Origin: Felis catus
Taxonomy: Eukaryota
Length of the DNA: 64,000 nucleotides
Assembly: GCF_018350175.1 (NCBI RefSeq)
Contig: NC_058382.1
Coordinates: 60,018,001-60,082,000 of the forward strand
Direction: 5' to 3'
This document shows, piece after piece, positions 1-13,213 of the stretch. The first letter of the stretch is position 1; each line of letters starts with the position of its first letter. The notes beneath the pieces are model-generated. The model was not told the origin of the DNA. It saw nothing but the letters and a program-made list of their open reading frames with translations, and ran no database searches. The translations under genes were made by a program, and so were the position numbers.

Positions 1-2715
1 GAATGAAAAAGTGGCAGCTTAAATTCCATCACCAAAACGAATACGTAATGAGCGAGATGCTCACCTAAGCAAATCCTGAGATATAACACGCTACCTTCCC
101 GTCAGGCTGAACTGAACGCAGCCCATGGTCAGTCTAGTCTCACCGTGTGACCAGACTTTATGGGAACACTGTTCTTGCTTTTAACTGAAGGGAGCACGTG
201 CTACTGGGCTGGAGACCCCAGCAGATCCCCGGGGTGGCCTTACCCACATCAACGCCTCTGCGTGGCGAAAGCAGGGAAAACATTTAGTGGTGTGGCGGAC
301 GCTATGACGGTGTCAGAGGCTACTGGCGAGGGGTGCTTTCTATCCTGTTTTTGCCGTAAAAAGTATAAGAAGCAGAAAGCACTGAGCAGATTCAGTTCAC
401 GACTCTGCCCTCGACCAGATCGTAGAGCTTCTCGCTGTGTTTCTTCGCTTGGAAATGAGCGTTGTTGGTCTAGAACAGCATTAGGGTCTCGCCTAGTTGA
501 GAGGCCGTATGGTTTTATGAGGTGATCTACTCTCCCGGGCACACATACATGAACGATATTTCAATTTTTAAAAGTATACAGAAAGAAGCGTATACAACAC
601 TGTAAGTCACGAGGTCTGAATGTACAGGTGCCCACGGCACACACAGCGTGAGGAGCCTCTCCGCAGGCGGGAAGGCAGGACGGATGGGAGAACCTCCCAG
701 CGGGTTTGAATCGCAGGGCTTTAATGGAGATTTTCTGCGGCTAAAAGCACACAGGGGGATGATTTTTCCCCCGGAGGGGACATGATGCTCGGGCCCACTG
801 GCCCTTGTAGCTTTGGGTCCCATCGTCATCTACTAGGGGAGGTGAGGCAGGTTGTTGGTAACCCCAGCAGTGGGAGCTAGGAGTTGAGCCCAGATCTCAC
901 GCCAAATCCCACGCCTTTTCCACTTGATCCTTCGAAGCAGGAAACACGATCTCAGGAAATTACAGGACCACGAAGTCGGGCAGCGGAAACCTCTGTGCTT
1001 GTTCCCGCCTGGTGTCCGTGGCACGAGGGGCGTTTGCGGCACTGGCCGGCCAGAGACCTCGTGCCACCAAAGCACACCCATCAGTGAGCAGGTGGCAAGC
1101 CTGAGGGGTGAGGGCGCATCCCACCAAAAACACCCGTGTAGAAAAATCTCCCGGGTTGTGAACCACAGAGAGCCGGGGGTGGAAGCTGCTGGGGTGGGAG
1201 GGGCCTGTGGGAACCCCCACTACTCCTTTCTCAGCCCGTGAAGAGCTGTAGACTCAGACTTTCTTACCCTCCGCCCGTGGACGTGGCCTCACGCTCTCCC
1301 CTGAATTCTTCACCGAAGCAGCCTCCCGCCAGCGGCCTCCTGCCTATCTGCTTCCACAAAGGAATGAAAATGGAAACCCATCCTTCGGAATCCTGGGGCT
1401 CAGGCCCCCCTCAGAAAAGAAGGGTCCTCTTCAGCGGGGCCTCCGGGACAGGTATCTCCTTCATGCTGACATCTGACCCTCCGTAGACGAACATCACTAT
1501 CCCGGGCGGGCCGGGGACCAGGCGGGCTCGTAACACAAAGCCCAGAAGGCTGTGGTGCCTCCTAGCCTTGTCATATGCAAACACAGACAAGGAGATCAGC
1601 AAATGGTGAGCTGGTCTGAGAAGATAAGTGAGGGGAAGGAGGTGTGGGCAGACAGAGGAGAGTTTATAGCCTGGGCTGGGCTGGGGGGGCGGGGCCTGGG
1701 CCGGAGGGGCGGGGCATGCTGAGGCAGGCTGGCGGACACGCGTGGAATCTGCGTGGAATCTGGCCTTTTGGCCAACGCAGGGCTTGGTCTCCCTTTCGGC
1801 CTTTACGTGCACCTCAGGAAGAGTGAAACAGCGGGCCAGAAAACACAGTTTCTATTTTCAAGACCGCCCTAGGTCACCCGGCGACCCCAGCCCAGGCCTG
1901 CCTGAAGGTCCAGCCCCTTGGCTTGTGTAGCCCAACTCCACCCCCTTCCCTGCCAGGAAAGTTAGGAACTCGACTTACGGCTGCAGCTCTGGATAAAATG
2001 ACCTCAAAATGACTTTTCATAAGGACAGTGTACTGTCAGGGTAATTACCTTTCATTAGACAACGTTACAAAGCAAGCCTCATTCGCGAGCTGGGGGCCTT
2101 TCGCTTGCCAGGCCCCACGCCCCAGACTTGGGCATCGGTGGGCTGTTTTGCACCCAGCTGTCTCCCTGGGCAGGGGCGTCGAGACGTGATCGGGGAATTA
2201 CACCAGCAGCAGCCAGACCCTCCAAACACCCCGAGGAAGCTGACCCCATGCTGAAATCTGCCGTCCCCAGATTCTATGGTCTCAGTGCTTACAGGAGTCG
2301 CTCTTAATAGCCATCTATTTGTAGTTTGGTGCTTTTACCAAGATAAGCAGGCTTTTGGCAGACACGGTTGTTTTAAGGCCTAAAATAAGCACAAGAGAAG
2401 TTTGAGATGCTCTAATTAGTTAACACTGAAAATAACACAACATCGCCAAGCATCAGCCTGTTCTTGGTGCCACCCTGGGATCTAACGAACATTCCGAAGC
2501 TGTGACACACGAGAGCTAAGAGTTTGCATGTGTTCCCTGGACCAGGAAGACCTCTGTCATTCTCTCAGCAAGTGGGAACCTTAGCTGGCGGCCAGCACAC
2601 CATCCGTGCTCCAGCAGCACAACCCCACCCCCTAGGATCCTGCATAAAGGGAATCCAGATTGCTCTCTGGTAGTTACGCTCTAAGATCATCACGTATTGG
2701 CTCTGGTTTTAGGGT

Positions 2716-2949
2716 TTTTTAAAAATTTTTTTTCAAGGTTTATTCATTTTTCAGAGACAGAGAAAGATAGAGCATGGCAGGGGGGTGGCTAGGGGCAGAG
2801 AGAGAGAGGGGGAGACACAGAATCCGAAGCAGGCTCCAGGCCCTGAGCTGTCAGAACAGAGCCCGACGTGGGGCTCGAACTCACAAAACACGAGATCATA
2901 ACCTGAGCCTAAGTCAGATGCTTAACCCACTGAGCTGCCCAGGCGCCCC
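2716..2949 (-). mobile_element. CAN-SINE (SINEC_Fc-like)
   Basis: T-rich tail, (GA)n tract, GGGCTCGAACTCAC...CTGAGC...CCCAGGCGCCCC head in reverse orientation. Confidence 0.92.
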
Positions 2950-5900
2950 CTCTGCATAGGCTCTTTTGTTTCTCTGAATCTCGAGACAATGACACCTACT
3001 TCGTCGGCACACGGTGAGCATCAAATACAGGAATGCGTACAAAACACCCCCGGACACGGCCCCTGGAGGTCAGAAGGGGCTCTACAGGTGGTTGCACTTT
3101 CCGTTATAATTACTGGTATTACTGTCATTACTAAAAATATCATCACCATCATCATCACCATCAAAGCAGAGATATGCAGAGACCTGAAGCCGCCACTGTC
3201 ACTCCCCAGAGAGGACCCACAGACCTCGACAGGCAAACGCACTTTAAGAAAGTGTCCGTTAGAAGGGGCTGGGCCAGCCCCCGAAGCACAGAAGAAGTCG
3301 ACACGCCTACGATGCGCCGCACCCTCTACGAAGCACTGGGGACCGAGAGGGAACGAGACAGATGGGGCCCTGTCTTCTCGGAGCTCGGAATCCGCAGGGA
3401 CAGGCAGTCAGAAAATGCGTAGTGAGCGCGAGCAGTTAGGAGCGTCGTGGCGGGCACGGGGGGTGCTCTGGGGCCCTACTCCACAGCGGAGTGGTGGGAG
3501 CACCACAGCGGGCCTCCCTGAGGAAGTGGGGCTTCCGCTGAGCCCTAAGGATGGAGACAAAGAACAGTTCTAGGCAGAAAGCAACAAGAGGCAGGGAGGA
3601 CGAGAGGGAGAGAGAGCAGGCCACCGAGGCGGCCCAGACGGAGAGTCCGAGGGGCTGCGGCGTGGGGTCTGCACAGGGTGCGAAGGGGCAGGTGCGGCAG
3701 AGGCCAAGCCGGGCACTGTTGTCAACAGACCGAGTGTTCCTGTCTTTAAAAGTAGACGCGTCACGCAGGGTTTGCCCAATGCCATCAAGTGTTTGATTCC
3801 TCAACTGCCCTGGCCTGACTCCAAACTGTCCTCCTGGGAAGGCGTGCAAGGGGGACACGTGCCTGGGTGTGGGCTCAAGCCCCTTCCCAGACAGTGTCCC
3901 CTCTCCCGAACGTGTCCCAGGGGTCCACTGGCTCAGAAGGCCCTAAAATCATCCTCCCGAGGCCTCCCCGTGGCTCCTCGCAAGTCCCTCCTCTTCCTCC
4001 CCGCCCCCCAGGGGTCTCCCCACTCCCCGTCCCCTCCCAGATGGTCTCCCCTCCTCCTCTTCCCCCTACGCCCCTCCAGGCCACATGCTCTGCATACTCT
4101 CTACAACTGGCCCTCTTCCTCTTGGAGATCTCCTTCTGTCCCACACACCCCTCCTTCTGCCGCCCTGAGGGCCACACAGGGTTCCTGGGAGGGCGCCAGC
4201 CGGAGGAGGGCGCGTGGGGAGGGGTGCGGGACAGGCGGGGGCTTGCACTCAGCACCCTTGACGTGGGTCACCTTTCCAATTTACCTTTCCGTGTACGTCC
4301 CAACTCGAGATGTCCTTGCGAGGGCGGACGGCACCTTGGGCCCTCAGCGCTACACCGGCTCGCGGAGTCCTCACCGGAACTTTGCCAAGAGAACACGGCA
4401 TGACCTCTCTGCCGCCAACGTCCAACCGGAGCTTCTTGGGCACAGCAAGAACGATTAATTCCTGGGTGCCCCTCAGAAGCAGCGGTCAGCGGCGTTCTAG
4501 CGACGGAGAGCAGCTACCACACTGGGCATTACGATGTGACAGGTGGCCCGGTGAGGATCCCCCTCCCATTTCCAGGCTGGTTCCCGTTAAGTGGAGCGTT
4601 TTGTCAGACAACTGCCCTCGACACCAAGGGCAAGGCCATGACGGACCCACGGGAGTGGTCAGGGAGGGTTGGACCAGACGGGGGCTCAGACTTGCCACGT
4701 TGGCTGGGAGCTCCCCTCGGCCCCTGGGTACGTAATCTGTTCCCAAGCCTGAGGAGCTGGTGGTCTGGACAGATGCAGGGAGGAGGAGGAGGAGGAGGAG
4801 GGGGGGGGGCGGGTGGGAGGGCTGCCCCAGCCCTGTGCAAATGAGTCTCAGTCTCAGGGGAGGGAGGGTGTGTGTGGAGAAGAAAGAAAGAAGGATGAAT
4901 GCAGGGAGGAGAGAGGGGAGGCTGGAGCGGGGCAAGGAGGTGAGGGGGAGGAGGAGAGGGCAGAAGGATGCTCTGGGTTCTCGGGCCTTCCCAGGCAGGG
5001 CTTTCATTCCCGCTGAGAACCACAGAACGCAAGCCCGGAGAACCACACTCCACCTGACCTGCAAACAAACGACTGCCTCTGCCCTCCCAATACCCGTGCC
5101 CAGGGACCAAGGGAGGAGACAGCAGACAGATAAGGAACGAAGGTGGAAAGAACTCGAACTGGATAGACCGCCGACAAATTTGCGGGACAAGATAACTGCT
5201 CCGGGACATTTCAGCTCCATCAAGGCGGGACTGTGGTCGGCGCAGCCACACGCCCCTCCTCTCCGTGAGGCCCAGGACCCCCTCCCGGAGTCCCCTCCTC
5301 CCCCAGGGCAGAAGCTCGGAACTACCTCCCGCCTCCCTGCAGGCGCCTCGCCTCCCGCAGCAGGTGGAAAGGTCCCCGGGGCTCGGGTCCTGAGTGGGAC
5401 GATGCCGGGGACAGAGAGATAGCAGAGTGGTTCCTGCTGCCGTGTTCCTGACCCGACTCCGGGCCCCATCTCCCGCCTGCCTTCCCAGGAGGGAGCCCCG
5501 GATTCTTCCAGGCAGCTCCGTTTTGGCTGGTGTGACTCGAGTCAGCTTCTCTGGCTCGCACCTGACGGTCCCCACGGATGGAAGTGAAGTCTGCAGACCT
5601 CACCGCTCGGCGGGCCTGCCTCCACTCCAGGAGCCAACGTCCACTGAGCACCTGCTGTGTGCACCGGGTGCTTATCTCAGTGGTGAGCGGCCTCGCGCTC
5701 AAGGACCCGGGCCCAGCTGGGATCTCTTGGCACTGGCCGTGGTTACCAACTGTCCTTCGGGGGATAAAAGGCTGTCGTTGGCCCCACTTTACAAGTGACT
5801 TAAAATTCACTTTGACGTTGGAAGGAGCATTAATGTACCTGTGGCTCTAGCACCTGACGCCTCAAACTGCCCATCACTGTCCTTGCAAGTGAGGGACCCC

Positions 5901-8900
5901 CCACACGGGCAGCTCACACGTCAGGATGTCGCCGACCCGCCTGCAGTTCCAGATTTTCTCCCTCCGCCAGCTGAGTGGGTCACACGGCACGGAGTCCTCC
6001 GTGGTCAGAAAAGGCCAGACCTTCTCCGCCGTCTCCGTGCTCCCCCTAGTGGAAGACGTTAGACACGCACATGGCCCGAGCCCCGCTTGGGTCATTTCAT
6101 TACGAACAAAGGCAACAACTATCGAATTGTTAATTCAGCTCCCAGAGCGCCAAGTGCTTCCCAGAGCCCTCCTTAATTCCTCTGGAGTCAGGCGGACCTT
6201 CTCTTTACAGAGGAGGAGACTGAGGGTCAGAGAGGACCAAGGGGATCAGAGAGTTTAGGCGACTTGGTAGAGCTGACGGCCTGCTCCGCACGCTTCTCTC
6301 CCTCTCTCTCTCTTTCTGCCCCACAGCAGGACCCTCATCCCCATGCTGTACTCCCCCTGCACCTTCAGGAATACTTGTGTGGCCTCTGGGTGCGGAGACA
6401 CAGCACAGGGGCCTGGCCCCCACAGGACACGGGTCTAGCATCTGGGACAGAGGCGATTTCCCCTCTGTGGCCTACCCCCCCCCCCCCACTCCCCTAGACA
6501 GGTGCACGGGGTGGGAACAGGGATAGGGCAGCAGGGCACCTGGCCTCCCTGGCGTCAGGCTCTACCCTGCGAGGCTGCAGAGCCCTGGCTCCTTTTCTGT
6601 GGACGGCGAGCACAGTGTGGGGTTTGGAAACAGCTGTCGGCTGAATGTTGGATAAGGGCGTCCCCTCTCCACGTGTGGGAACATTTTCTATTTTTGGGGG
6701 GTAATTGTGAGGATCAAAGGGGATAAAAGCTGTACCCCGCTCAGCACACGGCTTTGCCACACGAGGAGCACCCGGCCACGTCCAGCAGCAACAGCGACTA
6801 TGGGTCACTGAACACGCGTCTCTTTCGCGGCCTCTGAGCGCCCATCTGGCAGACTGGGCGGGCGCTGTCACCCCTTCCAGAAGGATCGTCCTTCGGGACT
6901 GGGCAAGAGGGCTTCCCGGGAGAGGAGGTGTGTGTGGGGGGAGAGGAGGCCGGCGACGGGCCCTGCCTTTGCCGACTTTCCTCCCTCGCTCCCTCTGCTC
7001 CCAGGAGGCTCTCACCCTCCAGCGCCCCTGCACCAGCCCCCACGGCCCCGGCCCCGGGCCGTCGGCTGCTTCTCCAATCCCTTGGAATGCCCCGCTGTCT
7101 CCACCTGTCATACGTCATCCCTGGCTGGCGCTAATCTCCAAGCACGCGTATTCCTCGCCCTCTGGAAAAAACTGCTGGGCCCTTCCACGCTGACGGAGAA
7201 TGTCCTCGGCCTCCCAGTTGCGTTTCTGTCTGAGTTTCTGGCGGTCACCTGTTTGCGTAACCGGACCTGAGTGATCACAGATCCCGCAAAATTACTTCTA
7301 CGGCGAGTGCCTTCCCCGCTCACTTCCTTTCCTGCTCGTGGGGCACTTCCTTGCCGCCGATCCAGCGTCATTTTTGACTTGCGGGACCGTCTCCTTTTTC
7401 TCATTTTCTTGCCGCAAACGTGTTTTAACGGGCTCCAGTCTTCAGCTGCGTTTTTCATTTCCTTTGCTCCTGGCAGTTCCCAATTTTCAGTGGCGGTGAG
7501 CAAAGAGGACGGGAGAGGTGGAAACAGGGAGAGAGCCTGGGAATCGAGCTGGGGGCGGGGGGGGGTGGCATGTGAAATTGAGGAGGAGAGACAGAAAGGA
7601 AACTGGGTTTTTGGGAAAATGACAAGTAAAGTAAAACCAGATTGGCCTGGGTGGACACGAGCCACGGGGGGAATTATCTAGTAATTTATATGGCCAGAGA
7701 GAGACACCCAGATAATTCTTTCGGTCTGTGGCGGTGGGGGGGGGGGAAGGGGTGGCGAGTCCCTTTGGATCAGATTGAGAAGGTGGTGCAGAAGCCAGAA
7801 AGTGAGGGTCAGGCCCAGGTCAACGCACAGGCCTGGCTGCACCAGGGCGCGACGGTCTTGAACACTGACGGCCGCCTGACTCGGGTGGGCCGGGGTCAGT
7901 GCAGGGTCAACAGCAAGCACGCCAGGCCTGGTGGAGAGAGCTCGGGGTGCGCCTCCCAGCCCCGGCCACCCTCTCTTCTGGACACAGCACCTTGCTGCAG
8001 GGCGGTCTCGTCCTCCGTCACCGCGTTGCGCTCCAGCCGCCACGCGGGGCTTTGAGGATCAGCGGCCCGGGCCTGAGCTGTGATCGCCGGGGCAGGGGCG
8101 CTGTCGCTCCAAACCGCTCAATCCGGAGGGTGAACCAGAACAGCAGGTGCGTCTCTGGCCCGGGATGACCCCACCGGAGCGGAGCAGGGGCCCCAGGGAG
8201 GATTCAGCTTCCTTCCACCTTCCGTTTCATTCCTTCCCTTCCTTCTGTGGGCCGTCCGCCACCTGACTCAGCCACACCCCAGACTTTTCAGGATCTGAGC
8301 CGATACATTTCCCCTTGTTCGCTTCGGCCAGTCTGAGTGGAGTCTCTGCCACGTGCAACGGTCTTAGCCAGTACAGACGAGGCCTCGCTTGGAGAGCCCA
8401 CGAGAGCTCAGAGGCAGCAGGGACTGTGGGAGGGGGGAGGGCCTGGGACAGTGACTCGTGGGACCGACTGGAACTGGGCCCTGGGAGATGGCCGCGTTCT
8501 CCTCCCCGCCTGGGATCAGTGACTGTTGGAGACTGAGGCCGGCCGTGCGGGAGTATTTACACCAGGGCAAGCGGGCAAAGCTGTCAATGGCTTCCGGTGC
8601 CTCCCCCGAGCCCTAGAGGGCCAGGGGCCAAACCCTTGCCAGCACGCCGCTGGCCAGGCTCGCCTGGGCTCGGCTCCCCTGAGGACCCACCTGGGGTCTC
8701 CAAGGCCCCGTGCTCTGACCGCCCGCCTCTGTGGGTCAAGTGCAGCGTCCCCCCGGCCCTGGGCCTCAGGGACCCAGGCTGCCCGAACATCGCATTTGAG
8801 CAGAAAGCGAAACGAGGGAGGCGGCCGGTTCCCAGGTGACTCCCTTCCATTTCTGCTCTCTCAACTCGGTCACTTTTTTTGGTCTTCTGTATTAGGGCTC

Positions 8901-10039
8901 TGGGAAACAGGTGGCGGAATTATCATTACTCAAACTGACTTAAGCAAAGAGAGAGATTTATTGGTCCGGGGGCTGCTTTGGCCTCAGGCACAGCTGCATT
9001 TAGAGGCTCCGACAAGGGCCTCAGGCCTCAAGTTTCCTCCCCCCTCTTGGCTTTGCTCTCCCCTGAAGACCGGCGGGCCCGGCTCCCAGCTGCCCCCGCA
9101 CAACACAGGCGGGAAGGGATTCTCTTCCAACGCCTCCCAGGGGAGCTCTGGCGCTCAGCGGTCTGACCGGGGTCGCACGCCCGCCCCGGGACAGATCCCG
9201 GAAGCAGAGAGAGGCTGCCGGGGCTGGCCGTGCCCAATTCTGAGTTACTCTTGGGGTAAAAATTCCAGAGATTGAAATTCTTGACCAAGAGGAGGCCTTG
9301 AGCTGTGACTCTGGGGATAATTACGACCTGTGATAGCCTAGTTCTCCAGCCTCGAACCTGAGCCTGAGCTCCCGTGGGGTTCAGAAACATCTAGAGCCCA
9401 AGTCACAGGTGCTGTTAAGACTCCCATACAGAAATAACGGCAACAACCTCACCCTGGAAGCATCACAGAGACGTCCCCGCTCCACCTGTCAGGGCAGTTG
9501 GGCGTGGGCTTGGCCGGCACCCTGAGCAGCTGCTGGCTCTCTGGGGACCTGACCACGAGCCCAGGACCTTCTCCCCATGTGCCACGTGGGGTCAGTGCCT
9601 TGGCTTCACGCCCGACCTCTGTGGATGTTGGGTGCAGAGTTTTCCCAGAGAGAGGTCACGCTTGTAAAGTTCCCTGCTCTGGAGGGCACAGAATCCCGTC
9701 GTGCGGGCTCTGTGACTTCTGGCCATGGACATCTCTGTGCCTCATTTTTCTTATCTGTCAAATGGGAGCCAACACCCATCTCAGCAATCCTCAGGAGTAC
9801 TCAAGTTTCTGTAAGCAAAGGGTTGCCGAGGAGAAGGGTCCAGCAAACAGCGGATGTGGTGACTCCAGTGGGCTTTCCAAGCAGCAGGAACTGGGTTTGA
9901 ACCTGACCCTCCACTTGCCGCGCTCGACCTTGAATGAGCCACGTCTCTGGGCCTCTGTCCTTGAGGAGAATGAGGAGGCAGACGCTGTCTGCTGTGGTGT
10001 CTGCTTAGGGCCATGCTGTTATCCATTGGATGGAGGTAC

Positions 10040-10259
10040 TTTTTTTTTTTTTTTTTTTAACGTTTTTATTTTTGAGACAGAGAGAGACAGAGCATGAACG
10101 AGGGAGGGACAGAGAGAGAGGGAGACACAGAATCGGAAGCAGGCTCCAGGCTCTAAGCCATGAGGCCAGAGCCCGATGCGGGGCTCGAACCCACGGACCG
10201 CGAGATCGTGACCTGAGCCGAAGTCGGACGCTTAACCGACTGAGCCACCCAGGCGCCCC
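10040..10259 (-). mobile_element. Young CAN-SINE with perfect target-site duplication
   Basis: Full-length element flanked by TGGAGGTACTTTT at 10031-10043 and 10260-10272. Confidence 0.95.
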
Positions 10260-10755
10260 TGGAGGTACTTTTGAAAGAGGATGTTCACTTGTCTGTGCGG
10301 CAAAGCTTCCACCTTCTAGAAAAAGCATTGCAATTTACCCTGGGACCACTGCTTCCCGGAGCATGTGGTCTCGGTGAGGCTATCACTTGGCGTTACAGGT
10401 GCTCCACTGACCAGACACTGACGAGGTGCCACGCTCAGCCACCACACCCTTTCCCCTGGGAATCTGTACAATTTTTGTCAAATGTATCCTAACGATACAC
10501 AGGCAGGAGTCCTAAGTGACCTTCGAAGCTTTTTGTATTTTATGACTGAAAGGAAAATAAACCTATGTAGATATCAGTAAGACCCATAACTGCACATAAT
10601 AATTATACGGGAGGAGTATGAATTCTAGAGGAACTCATCCACAACCATATCTGTTTTTCCCAAAATTATTACTACATTCACATAACTAATAACCAAGCAA
10701 CGAAAAGTTCCGGAACTATTATTCTTTGTTCAGTCTTTTCAACTTGCTGCATAAG

Positions 10756-11070
10756 GGGCACCTGGCTGTCTCGGTCAGTAGAGCATGAGGCTGTTGATCT
10801 TGGAGTCGTGAGTTCAAGCTCCACATTGCGGGTAGAGTTTACTTCAAAATAAATCGGGGCACTTGGGTGGCTCAGTCGGTTTAGCGTCCGACTTCGGCTC
10901 AGGTCATGATCTCACAGTTGACGGGTTCGAGCCCCGCGTCGGGCTCTGTGCCGACAGCTCGGAACCTGGAGCCTGCTTTGGATCCTGTGTCTTCTCTCTC
11001 TGCCCCTCCCCCGCTCACGCTCTGTCTCTGTCTCTCAAAGATAAACATTAAAAACTGTTTTAAAAAAACA
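10756..11070 (+). mobile_element. Two adjacent CAN-SINEs (short older type ~10756-10853, then SINEC_Fc-like ~10856-11070)
   Basis: Two GGGGCAC(C/T)TGG heads with tRNA-like A/B boxes and A-rich tails; the second has a CT-rich tract. Confidence 0.88.
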
Positions 11071-13015
11071 AAAGCAATAAAGTTGCTGCACAAAAAATTT
11101 TTAAAATGGTACAACCACATTGAACCTGGAAGTTCAATTTTAGTTGTTCCTTGGGAATCCGGACTTGGAAGAGACCAGCGAGGGCACAGAAGGTGGCCCA
11201 CTGAGTACGAGAGTACACACATCGCTGTGCCGGGCAGCTCCGGTGCTTTCTAGGGTCTGAGAACACAGCTTCCCCTTCTCTCCTTTGAGCCCATCTCATC
11301 CTTTCCAGAAGTTCCTCTGTGCGTGCCTTGGCCAGAGTTGGCGTTTTGCCGCACCCCCCGCCCCCGCCGGCCTCAACGAACGCCATGTGAGAGGTGTGCC
11401 CGAGGGTCACGGTGAAGACCAACCTGGAGAAGCCCCCACCCCGCAGCCGCTCCGTCCATCGGAGGCAGGCCGGTTGAGGCTGGGCCTCCGCTCACCATCC
11501 AGACCCTCTCCCGGGGCCCCCGGGAGGCCGGCACATGGGCTGCACGTGGCTCAGGGCGCCACGAGTGGGGGCTGCGGCTGCTCGCACACTTCCAGGCCGG
11601 GTGACACAGAATCAGCGTCAGGACAGAGCCAGGACGCAGGGCTGACACCTCCCGGTGACGGCGGGAGCTGACTGACAGTCTAGGGCCGGCGCTCGGCTCT
11701 AACGAAGGCTCCGCACACCCTGCGCGAGGGCAAGGCCGCGAGCAAGCTCCCGCTCCCGCGTCCTGCTGCCGGTGACCCAGGAAGGCGGACTCAGGTCAGC
11801 AGCCAGGGCAGGTGGCAGCAGCCTGCTTCGGGAGCTGGTCCGTGCGACGCCGTGAGCCGCTGACGGCTTCCCTGCGGAGGCCTCGTTTCTTCCTCCAACA
11901 GCCTTTGAGGCGGGCGCCCTGCTCCCCACTCCCGAGGGGAGAATTGAGACTCCTTTGCTCCCTTAACTCCTCATTCGAGGTTCATCCATCAGTTTACTGA
12001 GCACCTGCGACGCTCAGCATAAACTAGAGGTCCTGCCCTCCTGGGGCTGGCGTCCTCGCAGGGCGATGATGGGGAAGTAAAATGACTGGGTGCGTGGAAG
12101 GGGGTGGGCTGAGGGCTGGCCCACGAGGGACCTGGGACTGGGGGCTGGGCCGGGGGTCCCCAGATTCGAGCGCTCCCAAGACTCAGCGTAGAGCCGTACG
12201 CGTGGCTAAGATTTATTACAGCGAAACGACGCAAGCACATTCTGTAGACCGCGCTGTCTGGAGGAAACCAGGCGCCGGCCTCCAGAGCCCTCTCTCGTGG
12301 AGTCACACGGGACACACCGAGTCCCCCCAGCATTGAGCCGTGACAACACGTGTGAAGTCACGTCCACCAGGGAAGCCGAGGAGAGGCCTGCTGCCTAAGG
12401 TTTCCACTGGGGGCTGGCCGCGTAGCACCCTCTGCCCGTCCGCGCGACAACCCCCGCTCCCAGAAGGAAGACGGGCGAGCGGCATAAACAGGGTTTATGA
12501 CGATACCGGCAGGTGCTGAAGGAAGGCCAGACGGAATCCGGCAGCAGTCCCGACAGAAAGCAGGGGTGGAGGGCAGCTTCCCAGACCTCACGGAGTCCCT
12601 GCTCCGCCCCCTGTGCCTCACAGCCGCTGGGCGTCCTCTGGGCAGGGACCAGCGAGGGGCCCGGCTCTGGACGGCCCGCCTCGGCCTTGGTACAATTTCA
12701 TTCTGCCTCCGCTTGCGGGCCCCGCCCCCACCGCGCCTCTCTCCCCCACCTGCTCCGCCCTCCTCTGTGACCTGCCGTACACGTGCGTTTCTCTTGGCAC
12801 ATCGTTTCTTCCCGACCGGCCCCCAGGATGTGCAGTAAAGCCGAGCAAGGGTCGGGCGTGGGCGTCATAATCCTTAAAGTGAGCGTCGCCTCCCTGCCCT
12901 GCGACGCCGAGATGCCTCTGTTCTTTGCCCCCAAACACCACGCGTCAGCAAAGCCCCGGTCCCCTTCTCCGCCCACCCCGCAGCCTGGCTGTGACAGGCC
13001 CCGGCCCCGGCTCAC

Positions 13016-13213
13016 CTGACCCCTCAGTGGAGTCGTCGAACTCCACCTGGAAGAAGAAGCCGGTGTTCCAGACGTAGAGGCAGCTCTCCGCGGCGTAGGA
13101 GACCATGAGAGGCTTCAGCCGCGGGTCGTAGACGCTGTCCCTGCAGCGGATGTTGATGGGGGACTGCCGGGTGCCCCCCGGCACAGAGACGGGGCCCTTC
13201 CAGAGGGGGTGCC
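13016..13213 (-). CDS. CA5A: Carbonic anhydrase VA, coding exon 2
   Basis: 198-nt exon between a pyrimidine tract/CAG acceptor (AG 13215-13214) and donor G|GTGAG. Encodes (G)[65 protein letters not shown], with the alpha-CA QSPINI motif and the CA5-type WNTG..FQVEFDD. Confidence 0.96.

Noticed and set aside
4486..5575. 323-327 aa minus-strand ORFs
   Set aside because: They cross (GGA)n/poly-G and purine-rich low-complexity tracts; no recognisable protein or exon structure.
10756..10853. tRNA gene
   Set aside because: It is a tRNA-derived SINE head with an A-rich tail, without an intact cloverleaf or acceptor stem.
1..13015. CA5A exon 3 (GGPL..HYRLKQFHFHWG, zinc-ligand exon)
   Set aside because: Not found by eye or in the ORF track. 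It probably lies outside the window, so this is not evidence of gene loss.
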